Made by a program: the position numbers and the translations under genes. The notes below the pieces were generated by a model, which was not told the origin of the DNA, searched no databases, and worked only from the letters and a program-made list of their open reading frames with translations. From Bdellovibrionales bacterium (GTDB lineage Bacteria > Bdellovibrionota > Bdellovibrionia > Bdellovibrionales > JAUICD01): a stretch of 64,000 nucleotides of DNA. Below, in pieces: positions 49,875 to 60,352 of this stretch. Numbering within the stretch: the stretch's first letter is position 1; each line of letters opens with the position of its first letter. The DNA lies in contig OZ241865.1 in assembly GCA_965203275.1 (NCBI GenBank), forward strand, positions 1,312,001-1,376,000. Direction: 5' to 3'.

Positions 49875-51533
49875 ATGAGTGGAGAATTTTCTAGTTCTGG
49901 TATAGAAAAATTAATAGAAACTATTGTCAGAGATAAGGGAGTTGCACGGCAAGTAGTTGTAGATGCTATTGTGCAAGGTATGCTTTCAGCAGCTCGCAAA
50001 AAATATGGTACTTATAGAGAGATTGAAGCTAGCTATAACAAAGAATCAGGTGAGCTAGAACTTCATGAATTTAAAGAGGTGGTTGATCCCAAAGACTTTA
50101 TAGATGAAGAAGTTGAAATTAAGCAAGATGAAGCAAAAACCTTAGACCCTGACTGTAAAATTGGCGACTATATTGGACTTAAACTAGATTCGTCTGATTT
50201 GGGACGAATAGCTGTTCAAACAGCTAAACAAATTGTCGTGCAGAAAGTGCGTGATGCGGAGCATGAGATTATTTTTCAGGAATTTGAAAAGCGTAAAGGA
50301 GAAATTGCTTCTGGAATTGTCAGAAGAGTAGAACACAGAACCATTGTTGTGGATTTAGGACGAACAGAAGCTTATTTACCTCAAAATGAGCAAATCCCTG
50401 GAGAGCGATATAAGCAAGGAGATCGTGTCCAAGGTTATATTTTAGATGTCAAACAGACAAACCGTGGACCTCAAATCATTATGTCCCGAGCCCATGAAAA
50501 TTATATGGTCAAATTATTTGAAATAGAAGTTCCTGAGATTCATGACGGCATTGTCAAAATCCTAGCAGCAGCTAGAGAGCCTGGCTCTCGTGCTAAAATT
50601 GCTGTATTATCTAAAGATAGTCTTGTGGATCCTGTAGGAACATGCGTTGGAATGAAAGGCAGTCGTGTACAAAATGTTGTACAAGAGCTAAAAGGGGAAA
50701 AAATTGATATTGTTCCTTTTGAAGAAGACATTATTCGTTTTGCTTGTAACGCTATTAAACCTTCTGAAGTGACTAAAATTTTTATTAATGAGACAGATAA
50801 AGAAATGGAAGTTGTCGTTCCAGATTCACAGCTGAGCCTTGCTATAGGCAAAAAAGGTCAAAATGTGCGTTTAGCAACTCAACTGATCAAATGGCATATT
50901 AAAATTATCTCTGAATCTGAAATAGCTAAAAGACAGGCTGAAGCTATTTTTAACCTCTCACTTTTAGAGGGCATTTCTGATACGATGGCTCAAAATATTT
51001 ATCAGAGTCGTTTTAATAGTATTGCTGACTTAGCTAATGCTTCTGTAGAAGAAGTTAAAATAATTCCTGGCTATGAAGACAAAGAGAAAGCTTTAAAATT
51101 AATCAATGACTCAAAGGCCTTTCTCCAAAAATACAAAGACGAAGGTAAAGAAATGCCTACTTTAGCAAATACACAAAAAGGCAAAACAAAAAAGGATGCA
51201 TCACCTACCAAGGCTTCTGATCTTCCTCAAAAAACAAATGAAGCCTCGACCACAAAAGTAACGCCTGCTCCTCAAGAAAAATCTCAAACAAAAAAATCTA
51301 AGTTAGAAGAAGGGACTTTAGAAGAAGAACAAAAACCTACTTCTTCACCCAAAGACAAAGATATTATTTTAGAAAAAAGTCCAAAAGAAAAAGAAACAGA
51401 AATTGCAAAAGAAGAATCTGATGTTCAAGCACAAGCAGAGCAGAGGCTCAAAGAAGAATTATCTCAAATGCAATCTTCTGATTCTAAAAATAAGGATAAA
51501 CAAATAAAGGAAGAACTTGTAAATAAGGGTTAA
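49875..51533 (+). CDS. nusA: Transcription termination factor NusA with long charged C-terminal extension
   Basis: GRIAVQTAKQ, AREPGSRAKIAV, CVGMKGSRV, LSLAIGKKGQNVRLA. Confidence 0.97.
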   Translation: MSGEFSSSGIEKLIETIVRDKGVARQVVVDAIVQGMLSAARKKYGTYREIEASYNKESGELELHEFKEVVDPKDFIDEEVEIKQDEAKTLDPDCKIGDYIGLKLDSSDLGRIAVQTAKQIVVQKVRDAEHEIIFQEFEKRKGEIASGIVRRVEHRTIVVDLGRTEAYLPQNEQIPGERYKQGDRVQGYILDVKQTNRGPQIIMSRAHENYMVKLFEIEVPEIHDGIVKILAAAREPGSRAKIAVLSKDSLVDPVGTCVGMKGSRVQNVVQELKGEKIDIVPFEEDIIRFACNAIKPSEVTKIFINETDKEMEVVVPDSQLSLAIGKKGQNVRLATQLIKWHIKIISESEIAKRQAEAIFNLSLLEGISDTMAQNIYQSRFNSIADLANASVEEVKIIPGYEDKEKALKLINDSKAFLQKYKDEGKEMPTLANTQKGKTKKDASPTKASDLPQKTNEASTTKVTPAPQEKSQTKKSKLEEGTLEEEQKPTSSPKDKDIILEKSPKEKETEIAKEESDVQAQAEQRLKEELSQMQSSDSKNKDKQIKEELVNKG

Positions 51534-51591
51534 GGATTATTTATATATGTCATACAGTGGAAATTTGATTAGTAAAAGTAAAGGATAGGGG

Positions 51592-54171
51592 ATGTCGCAA
51601 CCTAGGGTATTTGAATTTGCAAAAGAAATAGGTATAGAAACCTTATCTTTGATGGATAAGCTAAGGCAATGGAAGATCCCTGTCAAAAATCACATGACAG
51701 AATTAGACGAAGAAACACTTAAAACCATTCGTTCTCATTTACTTTCAGAAACTCGTAAAGATAAAAAAAAACCGCAGAAAAAAAAGCCAGTCAAGAAGAA
51801 GGCAACAACATCAGGAACCAAAGCCAAAACGTCAGCTACTCTCAAAAAAACTACTAAAAAGAAAGTGATCAGAAGAAAGGCCAGTGACCTGCCTTCTGCT
51901 AAACAAACTTATGCTCGAGTTCAAAAGCAATTGAAAAAAGAGGCTAATAAAAAAGAGCTTGAAAAACAAAAAGCACTAGCAGAATCTCAGAAAACTTCAG
52001 GTAAGGACAAAAAAGCAAAGGGTTCAAAGCAGACTTCTAAAGCAGATGTATCTCAAAAGGATCAAGGATCTCCTTCACAACAAAAAAAAACTTCTGATGA
52101 AAAAATTACAGGCAAAGCTATTATCGGAGAGATGGACCTTGGTCAGACGGATGTTTTATCCAAAGACAAAGATCTTTTAGCTGATGCTTCAAAAATATCT
52201 ATTGCTACTAAAGAACATGAGGATAAAGAAAAAGTTGCTTTTGTTAAAACTCCTAAGATACAGAGGGATGATTCAAGCAATTTATTTTTAGGGTCTGAAT
52301 TTCGTAAGAGAGAAGTGATCTTCCAACCTAAAAAGAAAAACCTCACTTTAGATAGAACAGCTCAAAAGACTCAAATCACAACTCCTGCAGCACATAAAAG
52401 GGTAGTTAAATTACATGGACAAATTGCCGTAGGAGATTTTGCACATCAGATGCAAATTAAAACCAGTCAATTAATTAGCACTCTCATTAAAAATGGCGTG
52501 CAAGCTAATATTAATTCTGTATTAGATTATGAAACGGCCTCTTTAATAGCTTCGGAGTTTCAATATGAAACAGAAAATGTACAAAAAACCTTGCAAGAGT
52601 TACTAAATGAAGCCTGCTTTGGAGAATTAGATGCTAAAAAAACAATCAGAGCTCCTATAGTGACTGTAATGGGACACATTGACCATGGCAAAACCACTCT
52701 TTTAGATGCTGTAAGAAAAACGAATGTGGTTTCAGCTGAGGCAGGTGGAATTACTCAACACATTGGTGCTTATTCTGTCTCTTTAGATCAGGGTAAAAGT
52801 ATTACATTTATTGATACCCCCGGACATGAAGCTTTTACTGCCATGAGAGCCAGAGGAGCTAATATTACAGATATTGTGGTGATTGTGATTGCTGCTGATG
52901 ATGGTATTATGCCTCAAACAATAGAAGCAATAGACCATGCAAAAGCTGCTCAAATTCCTATTATTATAGCTGTCAGTAAGATAGACAAAACAGATGGTAA
53001 TATAGAAAAGATTCGCCAAGAAGCTACAAAATTTGATTTGGTTTCAGAAGAGTGGGGTGGCCAAACTATTTTTGTTCCCATATCTGCTCCTAAGAGACAG
53101 GGTATATCAGATCTTTTAGAAACTATTTTATTAGTATCAGAAATGCAAGATCTCAAAGCTAACTCTCATCGCTCTGGCACAGGTGTTGTTATTGAAGCAG
53201 AGATGAAAAAAGGCAGAGGTCATGTAGTAACTCTTTTGGTCCAGGATGGTACTATTTCTAAAGGACAGTATATTGTAGCAGGATATATGGGGGGTTGCAT
53301 TAAATCTATTATGAATGATAGAGGCCAAAGAATCCCATCTGCAGGTCCTAGCATGCCAGTTGAAGTTTCAGGCTTGGATGGCTCACCTGCAGCGGGAGAT
53401 CGATTTGATATTTGCAAAGCAGAATCACAAGTTAATGAAATCATCAAAAAAAGAAAAAGCATGCAAACAACTGGAATAGTTGCTCCTCATCCTCAGATGT
53501 CTTTAGAAGATTTATTCTCTAAAGTTAAAAAAGAAGATGTGAGCATTTTACCTTTAGTGATTAAGACAGATGTATCTGGAACAGGTGAAGCAATTAAAGG
53601 TGCTATCAAAGCTTTGTTTGATAAGCTGTCTACTAAAGAGGTGGATGTAAAGATTATCCATCAAGCTGTAGGTGGAATCAGTGAGTCTGATGTATTACTT
53701 GCTACTTCTGCTAAAGGCATGGTAGTAGGTTTTAATGTACGACCTGACATAGGGGCTAGCCAATTAGCTAAAAAAGAAAATGTTTCTATTAAAACATATA
53801 AGATTATTTATGATCTCATTAAAGATATAGAAATGGCTGTACATGGTTTACTCACACCCACACTTAAAGAAAGTATCGTAGGTCACCTAGAGGTTCGTAA
53901 TGTCTTTACCATATCTAAGGTAGGAACGATTGCAGGATGTTTTGTCACTGATGGGCAAATACACAGAAATTCTGATATTCGACTTTTAAGAGAAAGTCGT
54001 GTGATTTATGAAGGAAAAGTAGGAGGTTTAAAGCGGTTTAAAGATGATATTAAAGAAGTAGCTAGTGGATTTGAATGTGGATTAAGTGTTGAAAACTATA
54101 ATGATATTAAGGTTGGTGACGTGATTGAAGTATTCAAAATAGTAGAAGTTCCTAAGACCTTATCTAGTTGA
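51592..54171 (+). CDS. infB: Translation initiation factor IF-2
   Basis: MGHIDHGKTTLLD, GGITQHIGAY, DTPGHEAF, LKRFKDD.KEV..GFECG. Confidence 0.98.
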   Translation: MSQPRVFEFAKEIGIETLSLMDKLRQWKIPVKNHMTELDEETLKTIRSHLLSETRKDKKKPQKKKPVKKKATTSGTKAKTSATLKKTTKKKVIRRKASDLPSAKQTYARVQKQLKKEANKKELEKQKALAESQKTSGKDKKAKGSKQTSKADVSQKDQGSPSQQKKTSDEKITGKAIIGEMDLGQTDVLSKDKDLLADASKISIATKEHEDKEKVAFVKTPKIQRDDSSNLFLGSEFRKREVIFQPKKKNLTLDRTAQKTQITTPAAHKRVVKLHGQIAVGDFAHQMQIKTSQLISTLIKNGVQANINSVLDYETASLIASEFQYETENVQKTLQELLNEACFGELDAKKTIRAPIVTVMGHIDHGKTTLLDAVRKTNVVSAEAGGITQHIGAYSVSLDQGKSITFIDTPGHEAFTAMRARGANITDIVVIVIAADDGIMPQTIEAIDHAKAAQIPIIIAVSKIDKTDGNIEKIRQEATKFDLVSEEWGGQTIFVPISAPKRQGISDLLETILLVSEMQDLKANSHRSGTGVVIEAEMKKGRGHVVTLLVQDGTISKGQYIVAGYMGGCIKSIMNDRGQRIPSAGPSMPVEVSGLDGSPAAGDRFDICKAESQVNEIIKKRKSMQTTGIVAPHPQMSLEDLFSKVKKEDVSILPLVIKTDVSGTGEAIKGAIKALFDKLSTKEVDVKIIHQAVGGISESDVLLATSAKGMVVGFNVRPDIGASQLAKKENVSIKTYKIIYDLIKDIEMAVHGLLTPTLKESIVGHLEVRNVFTISKVGTIAGCFVTDGQIHRNSDIRLLRESRVIYEGKVGGLKRFKDDIKEVASGFECGLSVENYNDIKVGDVIEVFKIVEVPKTLSS

Positions 54172-54297
54172 TTTTGACAATTTGTATTTATCAAACAAAA
54201 TGTTTCGTAATGAAATATATTGATTTTAATTAAAAGTTATATTATTGTTAAAGATAAGTATTCATTAAATGCAACATAATAAAGGAGAAATAAATTT

Positions 54298-55716
54298 ATG
54301 AGTGACAAATCTATACCTACATTTGAAAGCATTATGAAAACTCTCAGTGAAATAGCGAAAAGTCAGAAAGAATCAGAGCGACAAAGCAGAGAAAGTGAGA
54401 AAAAACTACAAAAACTGCAAAAACAGCGAGCAGAAGATGAGAAAAAAATACAAAAACTACGAGAACAACGAGAGGAAGATGAGAGAAAAAGACAAAAGCA
54501 ACGAGAGGAAGATGAAAGAAAAAGACAAAAACAACGAGCAGAAGATGAGAAAAAGCGAGCAGAAGATGAGAAAAAAATACAAAAACTACGAGAACAACGA
54601 GAGGAAGATGAAAGAAAAAGACAAAAGCAACGAGAGGAAGATGAAAGAAAAAGACAAAAACAACGAGAGGAAGATGAGAAAAAACTACAAAAACTAAGAG
54701 AACAACGAGAGGAAGATGAAAGAAAAAGACAAAAACAACGAGAGGAAGATGAGAAAAAACTACAAAAACAACGAGAGGAAGATGAGAAAAAACTACAAAA
54801 ACAACGAGAGGAAGATGAGAAAAAACTACAAAAACTAAGAGAACAACGAGAGGAAGATGAGAGAAAAAGACAAAAACAACAAGAAGAAGATGAGAAAAAA
54901 CTACAAAAACAACGAGAGGAAGATGAGAAAAAACTACAAAAACAACGAGAGGAAGATGAGAAAAAACTACAAAAACTAAGAGAACAACGAGAGGAAGATG
55001 AGAGAAAAAGACAAAAACAACAAGAAGAAGATGAGAAAAAACTACAAAAACAACGAGAGGAAAATGAGAAAAAACTACAAAAACTAAGAGAACAACGAGA
55101 GGAAGATGAGAAAAAAATGAAAGAGAGAGAAAAAGAACATGAAAAAGCTAAAAAAGAAATGGCAGAAATAAGTCAGAAACTCAAAGATATTTCTGAACAG
55201 CAGATAATATCCGCAAATATCAGAGATAAAGAATATAAAAAAATTTCCAGACAATTTGGTAAGTGGGGTAACGAGTTAGGTTACATTGTAGAAAGTACAG
55301 TTGAAAGTAATTTAAAAGAAATTCTCAATAAAAGAAACATGAATATCATTAGAGTTATTAAAAATGTGGGTGGTAGAAGTTATGATGGGAGTGATGAAGA
55401 TTGGGAATTTGATTTTATTGCCCTTGGCAGAAAGGCCATTGTAGTGGTGGAAGCTAAATCAACTCTTGAGATTAAGGAGGTAAAACGTTTTCTACAAAAA
55501 TTAAGAAACATCAATAAATGGTGTCCTCATTATAGAGGTTTTAAAGTTTATGGTGGAGTGGCTTACTTAAAAGACAAAGAAAAGGCAGCTTTATTTGCTC
55601 AAGGGCAAGGTTTGTTTGTGATTCATGCAGTAGGAGATGCTGCAAAAATTAAGAATCCCAATCCATGGACACCAAAAGAAATTATCCAAGCTTCATTTAA
55701 TATGACTCCAGCTTAG
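54298..55716 (+). CDS. Long coiled-coil repeat protein with C-terminal PD-(D/E)XK nuclease-like domain (DUF3782/DUF1626-like architecture)
   Basis: QREEDEKKLQK-type repeats; WGNELGYIVE; EFDFIALG..IVVVEAKSTL; KVYGGVA. Confidence 0.75.
   Translation: MSDKSIPTFESIMKTLSEIAKSQKESERQSRESEKKLQKLQKQRAEDEKKIQKLREQREEDERKRQKQREEDERKRQKQRAEDEKKRAEDEKKIQKLREQREEDERKRQKQREEDERKRQKQREEDEKKLQKLREQREEDERKRQKQREEDEKKLQKQREEDEKKLQKQREEDEKKLQKLREQREEDERKRQKQQEEDEKKLQKQREEDEKKLQKQREEDEKKLQKLREQREEDERKRQKQQEEDEKKLQKQREENEKKLQKLREQREEDEKKMKEREKEHEKAKKEMAEISQKLKDISEQQIISANIRDKEYKKISRQFGKWGNELGYIVESTVESNLKEILNKRNMNIIRVIKNVGGRSYDGSDEDWEFDFIALGRKAIVVVEAKSTLEIKEVKRFLQKLRNINKWCPHYRGFKVYGGVAYLKDKEKAALFAQGQGLFVIHAVGDAAKIKNPNPWTPKEIIQASFNMTPA
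54397..55116 (+). repeat. Coding tandem repeats (30/39-bp units around CAACGAGAGGAAGATGAG)
   Basis: Directly visible in DNA and protein. Confidence 0.9.
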
Positions 55717-55740
55717 AAGAGTGATCTTGAATTATTTGTA

Positions 55741-56391
55741 ATGAAACTTAAAATAAATGAAATTTATAAAAGTATTCAAGGGGAGTCTACTTATGTAGGA
55801 CTTCCTACTATATTTATTCGGACTTCAGGATGTCCTTTAAGATGCTCTTTTTGCGATAGCTCTTTTGCTTTCTATGAAGGGTCTCAAATGTCTATAGATC
55901 AAATCCTACAAAAAGTCAGTCAATTAAAAACATCATATATTTGTGTCACAGGTGGTGAACCACTTATTCAAAAAAATATTTACAAACTTATGAATATTCT
56001 TTGTGATCAAAACTATCATGTTTCACTTGAAACTAGTGGAGCTAGGTCTTGTCAGAAAGTAGATCATAGAGTCAAAAAAATCATAGATGTGAAAACTCCA
56101 GATAGTGGTGCTAAAAATACTTTCTTATTAGAAAATCTTGATTACCTCAATAATAAAGATGAAATAAAATTTGTTATTTGTTCTCAAAAGGATTTTAACT
56201 GGTCCATAGATTTTTTAAAAAAACACCACCTGCCTGCTAAAATAGCTATATTATTTTCTCCTTCCCATGATGAGGTTACTGCTCAATGGCTTGCTGAAAA
56301 TATCCTATCTGCAAATTTTGATTCGGTTAATTTACGCATGCAAATACAAATACATAAGTATATATGGGATAAAAACACACGAAAAGTCTAG
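55741..56391 (+). CDS. queE: 7-carboxy-7-deazaguanine synthase (radical SAM)
   Basis: INEIYKSIQGES, GCPLRCSFCDS, VTGGEPL, DVKTPDSG, QIHKYIW. Confidence 0.85.
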   Translation: MKLKINEIYKSIQGESTYVGLPTIFIRTSGCPLRCSFCDSSFAFYEGSQMSIDQILQKVSQLKTSYICVTGGEPLIQKNIYKLMNILCDQNYHVSLETSGARSCQKVDHRVKKIIDVKTPDSGAKNTFLLENLDYLNNKDEIKFVICSQKDFNWSIDFLKKHHLPAKIAILFSPSHDEVTAQWLAENILSANFDSVNLRMQIQIHKYIWDKNTRKV

Positions 56392-56647
56392 CCTATACTT
56401 CAGACAAGATTCTCACCTTAATACACTATCAAAAGCCTCTTGCAAGTATTTAACACGCCTTGTCATAAATATAAGAGAAATGCTTGATGATTATTAAAAA
56501 AAGAAAGCACAATAAAAGTAAGTTTCGACTGTCTACGTTTAAATTGAAGGAATGTATTTTTATTACAGAAAACAGTAGCGGTTTAGTTCCTTACATCTTA
56601 AACTTTTTATTTTAAGTAAAGTGTTTTCCAAAGAGAGGAGGAACATT

Positions 56648-56986
56648 ATGAAGTCAACAACAACACAAACAATACATGTTCCGAAAGAGCGTTTAGAGCA
56701 AATCGAATATATACTTTCTCAATCAACCAAAGGTGTTCATCTTTTGTTTGATCGAGATACTTTAGTTAGTACTCTTCAAGAGCCTGTGGCTTCTAGAGAC
56801 TATTTTAATTGTGATAACCTCAATAAAGTTCAAAACATCCTTATAGAGATCATTAAGCAACCAACTATTGCAGAAAAAAGAAAATATTTAGCTACTTTAG
56901 AAGATGATGCTTATGAATTATTTCTAAGGACGTACTTTAATATTGTTGAAAACACAGTACTCACTTCCACACCAAACCATCATTAA
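56648..56986 (+). CDS. Hypothetical protein
   Basis: SD GAGGAGG before ATG 56648; no recognised domain. Confidence 0.7.
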   Translation: MKSTTTQTIHVPKERLEQIEYILSQSTKGVHLLFDRDTLVSTLQEPVASRDYFNCDNLNKVQNILIEIIKQPTIAEKRKYLATLEDDAYELFLRTYFNIVENTVLTSTPNHH

Positions 56987-57235
56987 TGGACATTGTCTTA
57001 AATAGGCTAAGTCTTACATTTATGACTCTTATACTGTTTATGCCTTGGAACATTTGAAAAGGGCAGTCACATTGTGTTTATACGGGATCTAGGATTTAGG
57101 ATCCGGCAGTCAGGCATCAGAAAGAACTTTTTCCTTAACATTTCACTCAAAAAGTGAAAAAATTTTAAACACACTTTATGCGAATCTAAACAAAAGTCAT
57201 AAAAATAAAACAATTATCGCTCTTTCATATCAAAT
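56929..57235 (+). repeat. 307-bp direct repeat, left copy (IS target duplication)
   Basis: Matches 59201-59507 by inspection. Confidence 0.93.
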
Positions 57236-59200
57236 CCTGAGTTTGACAGTTGGAAAAATAAAGTTGAGTAAAATCAGTAGGTTATGAGTCGAAAGGGATT
57301 TTGTGCCACTAGGTTTTTGTTTTTGTGGCAGAATTTTGAACAATCTATTAAGATTGTGATTGTGATGATTCTACTTTTAATTGTTTTGCTGGTATTTTGA
57401 CTCCTATTGCTTTAAATACATCTGTTGCATGACCTGTGATATCTGTTCTCATCCACAGAGTCTTATCTTTTAATGTGACAGGCACTGCTCTGACTTCTTT
57501 TAACTTTAACATTGCTTCTGAAACACTCAGTTGCCTTGGTTGTTTATTCTGACCTGTCATTAATTCTTCTCTACATTTAATACCTTTTTCATAAAGCTTC
57601 TTGCTTAAATAAGCTTCACAAAGATATGATATAAAACATAATACTAAGTGACCTAATATCCTCTTGTCTGTCCAATGAAACATCGGACGAGTCTTGAGAA
57701 AACCTTTTATATCTCTAAATGCTTTCTCTACCTTCCAAAGATGTTTATAATTTAATATAAGCTCCTTAGAGGATAAGTTTTTTGCATTTGTAATAATTCC
57801 AAAAAATCCATCTTGTTGTTCTGATGCTTTTATTGCATCTTCATTTAATTGAGGCTTGTCTTTTGAAGTAGGATGACTTATGTATTTTTTGTAATTCATA
57901 TTAGATATAAAGTCTTTGGGATTAATTGTCTTTTTAGATAATTTTGTTTGCAGTTTAGATAAAATATCTTCTCTTAATTTTTTATCTCTTTCTGCTCGCT
58001 TTCTTGACCAACCGATGATACAACGACGACCTTTATGCTCTGTCTCATAGATAGCTAAGTCATCATTAACCCATTTAAAATTCTTTAGATTATATATCTC
58101 CTTAAAACGATCTTTTAATAAACCTAACTTTAATCCTACTATAAACTCATGACCTTCTTCCTTAAATAAATTTAGATTTTCATTAGAAAATAATCCACGA
58201 TCTCCTACTAATATAAATCTTCTTATGTTAAACTTCTCTTTTAACTTTGAGATCGCTTCTGGCATTGTTTTACCTTCATAAGTATTACCAGGATAAACAT
58301 CAAAGCCTAACGGCATACCTTCCGTATCTACTAACAAGCCAAATACAACTTGTGTGCAATCACTTCTTTTTTCTTTACTGTAACCAAATCTTCGAAGATC
58401 GTCTAAATCTTCTCTTGTACTCTCAAATCTCAAGGTGGTTAGATCATATAAAACAACATCACATTGATTAAAAAGATTCATCTGAGCTTTATTTTTATTG
58501 TAGAGTTTCTTTTCTATATCTTCCTTATGTTCTGCTAGAATATCTAAAGAACGATAAATATCCTGAAGATGAAGTTCTTTTTCTAAAAAGTCCGGATAAA
58601 ATAACTTCTGCCAGTGTGAAAAAACTTGCAGTTTAGAACATGGCTCTACAAATCGACTTATAACCAATGTGAAAACAATCTTAACAAAATCAAATCGCAG
58701 TTTAGGATGTTTTTTCTTCAAATCTGCTAATAATTCATAGAGGTTTAACTGTTTAAAAATAGCATCTATAATAAGCAGAGGACCTAAGATAAATGTATTT
58801 TTTATATCAATTTTTTTAGCTAATTGATTCGCAGAGATGATATCTAAATGACGGCTGATCAGTTCAGATAAGTCTTCTAATCGATCATCTTTAGACTTTC
58901 CTAAAGACATAAGTGTTCTATGGTGACTTTTACCATTTTTCCAATAGCTTTCAGCTATTTGATAGTAAGTTTGTCCTCTAGAGTTTTTTGTTTTCTTTAT
59001 GAACATAAGAATATACTAGAACAAAAATACAAAAAATCAAGAAAAAAACGACTTTTTAACGCACTGCATTCGAATTTTGTGCCACTAGGATTTTTTACAA
59101 AATCCCAAAAATTCAAGCTTGCAAATCCCTCTAACACCTATAAATAAAGCATTCTTAAAAAAAAGATATCCACATTTGCAAATCAACTGTCAAACTCAGG
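57236..59200 (-). mobile_element. IS1634-family insertion sequence (1965 bp)
   Basis: 16-bp terminal IRs CCTGAGTTTGACAGTT (57236-57251) and AACTGTCAAACTCAGG (59185-59200); single transposase gene. Confidence 0.93.
57348..59006 (-). CDS. IS1634 family DDE transposase
   Basis: YDLTTLRFE, FGYSKEKRSD..QVV.GL, VGDRG, Y..LWKVEKAFR.IK..L.TRP.FH. Confidence 0.93.
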   Translation of the reverse strand: MFIKKTKNSRGQTYYQIAESYWKNGKSHHRTLMSLGKSKDDRLEDLSELISRHLDIISANQLAKKIDIKNTFILGPLLIIDAIFKQLNLYELLADLKKKHPKLRFDFVKIVFTLVISRFVEPCSKLQVFSHWQKLFYPDFLEKELHLQDIYRSLDILAEHKEDIEKKLYNKNKAQMNLFNQCDVVLYDLTTLRFESTREDLDDLRRFGYSKEKRSDCTQVVFGLLVDTEGMPLGFDVYPGNTYEGKTMPEAISKLKEKFNIRRFILVGDRGLFSNENLNLFKEEGHEFIVGLKLGLLKDRFKEIYNLKNFKWVNDDLAIYETEHKGRRCIIGWSRKRAERDKKLREDILSKLQTKLSKKTINPKDFISNMNYKKYISHPTSKDKPQLNEDAIKASEQQDGFFGIITNAKNLSSKELILNYKHLWKVEKAFRDIKGFLKTRPMFHWTDKRILGHLVLCFISYLCEAYLSKKLYEKGIKCREELMTGQNKQPRQLSVSEAMLKLKEVRAVPVTLKDKTLWMRTDITGHATDVFKAIGVKIPAKQLKVESSQSQS

Positions 59201-59507
59201 GACGTACTTTAATATTGTTGAAAACACAGTACTCACTTCCACACCAAACCATCATTAATGGACATTGTCTTAAATAGGCTAAGTCTTACATTTATGACTC
59301 TTATACTGTTTATGCCTTGGAACATTTGAAAAGGGCAGTCACATTGTGTTTATACGGGATCTAGGATTTAGGATCCGGCAGTCAGGCATCAGAAAGAACT
59401 TTTTCCTTAACATTTCACTCAAAAAGTGAAAAAATTTTAAACACACTTTATGCGAATCTAAACAAAAGTCATAAAAATAAAACAATTATCGCTCTTTCAT
59501 ATCAAAT
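59201..59507 (+). repeat. 307-bp direct repeat, right copy
   Basis: Matches 56929-57235 by inspection. Confidence 0.93.
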
Positions 59508-59878
59508 TGTGTAAAATAAAAGGTAAAAGAACATCAAAATTTACTAATAGACTTTCTTACATTAAAGGGACAGATAGGGGAAGTAGATGACACTTTAGAT
59601 AGCATGGAAAGAGTTTATGATAATGCATTATTAGGAAGTTATTTACAGGATAAAATAGGTCAACTATTAAACTCTCAGGTTATTTGTTCTGTTCAAAAAA
59701 GATGAGGAGAAGGTTCTATAGATCCTAAAGATATTCAAAAAGAGCTTTTTCCAACAAGCACTCGTACTAGAAGTGATTATCGAGAGAGGCTCCAAAGAAG
59801 AAGATCAAGAACAGGAACAAGATAAACATAATAGAGTGTAATTAGTAACAATGAGTATAGATAAATAAGGAGGTATGT

Positions 59879-60322
59879 ATGACAAGAATTATAAGCAAGG
59901 TTGTTTTTTTAGTGATCATGTTTTATTACCCAATTGTTTTAAGTCAAATTAATTGGGGTAACTGTAGAGCTCTTAATAATCAACAAAAAACAAAAGTTCT
60001 ATATGCTCAATTACCAAGCGATAAGATAACATATTTATGTGTTATGAATGCACAGAGTTGTGAGTACGCGGGTACAGGTATCAGAATGTATGCATCTGAA
60101 AGAACTCCTATTGAGGTTATGTGTCCTGCAGCAAATTGCGAAGGTTCAGTTTACGAAAAAATCTGTCAGTGTCCTAGAGATATTAATGAATGTGCTAGTC
60201 GCAAACTGGAAGAGGATAATGTAAATTATAATAATAATGTAGAAAGAATCTCTTGGGGTTCTGCTCCTGATCGTAGAATTCGTCAACGCAGGTCAGATCG
60301 TAATAATAAAGGAGTCAATTAA
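59879..60322 (+). CDS. Small secreted Cys-rich hypothetical protein
   Basis: SD AAGGAGG; signal peptide; eight Cys; Arg-rich tail. Confidence 0.7.
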   Translation: MTRIISKVVFLVIMFYYPIVLSQINWGNCRALNNQQKTKVLYAQLPSDKITYLCVMNAQSCEYAGTGIRMYASERTPIEVMCPAANCEGSVYEKICQCPRDINECASRKLEEDNVNYNNNVERISWGSAPDRRIRQRRSDRNNKGVN

Positions 60323-60352
60323 ATAAGATTATTTATAAAAGGAGTTAGAAAA

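Noticed and set aside
54395..54697. Overlapping 100-aa ORF
   Set aside because: Alternate frame of the purine-rich coding repeat.
59703..59705. In-frame TGA as selenocysteine or recoding
   Set aside because: No start, no SECIS-like hairpin or redox motif; TGA is used as a normal stop in pnp, rpsO and other genes.
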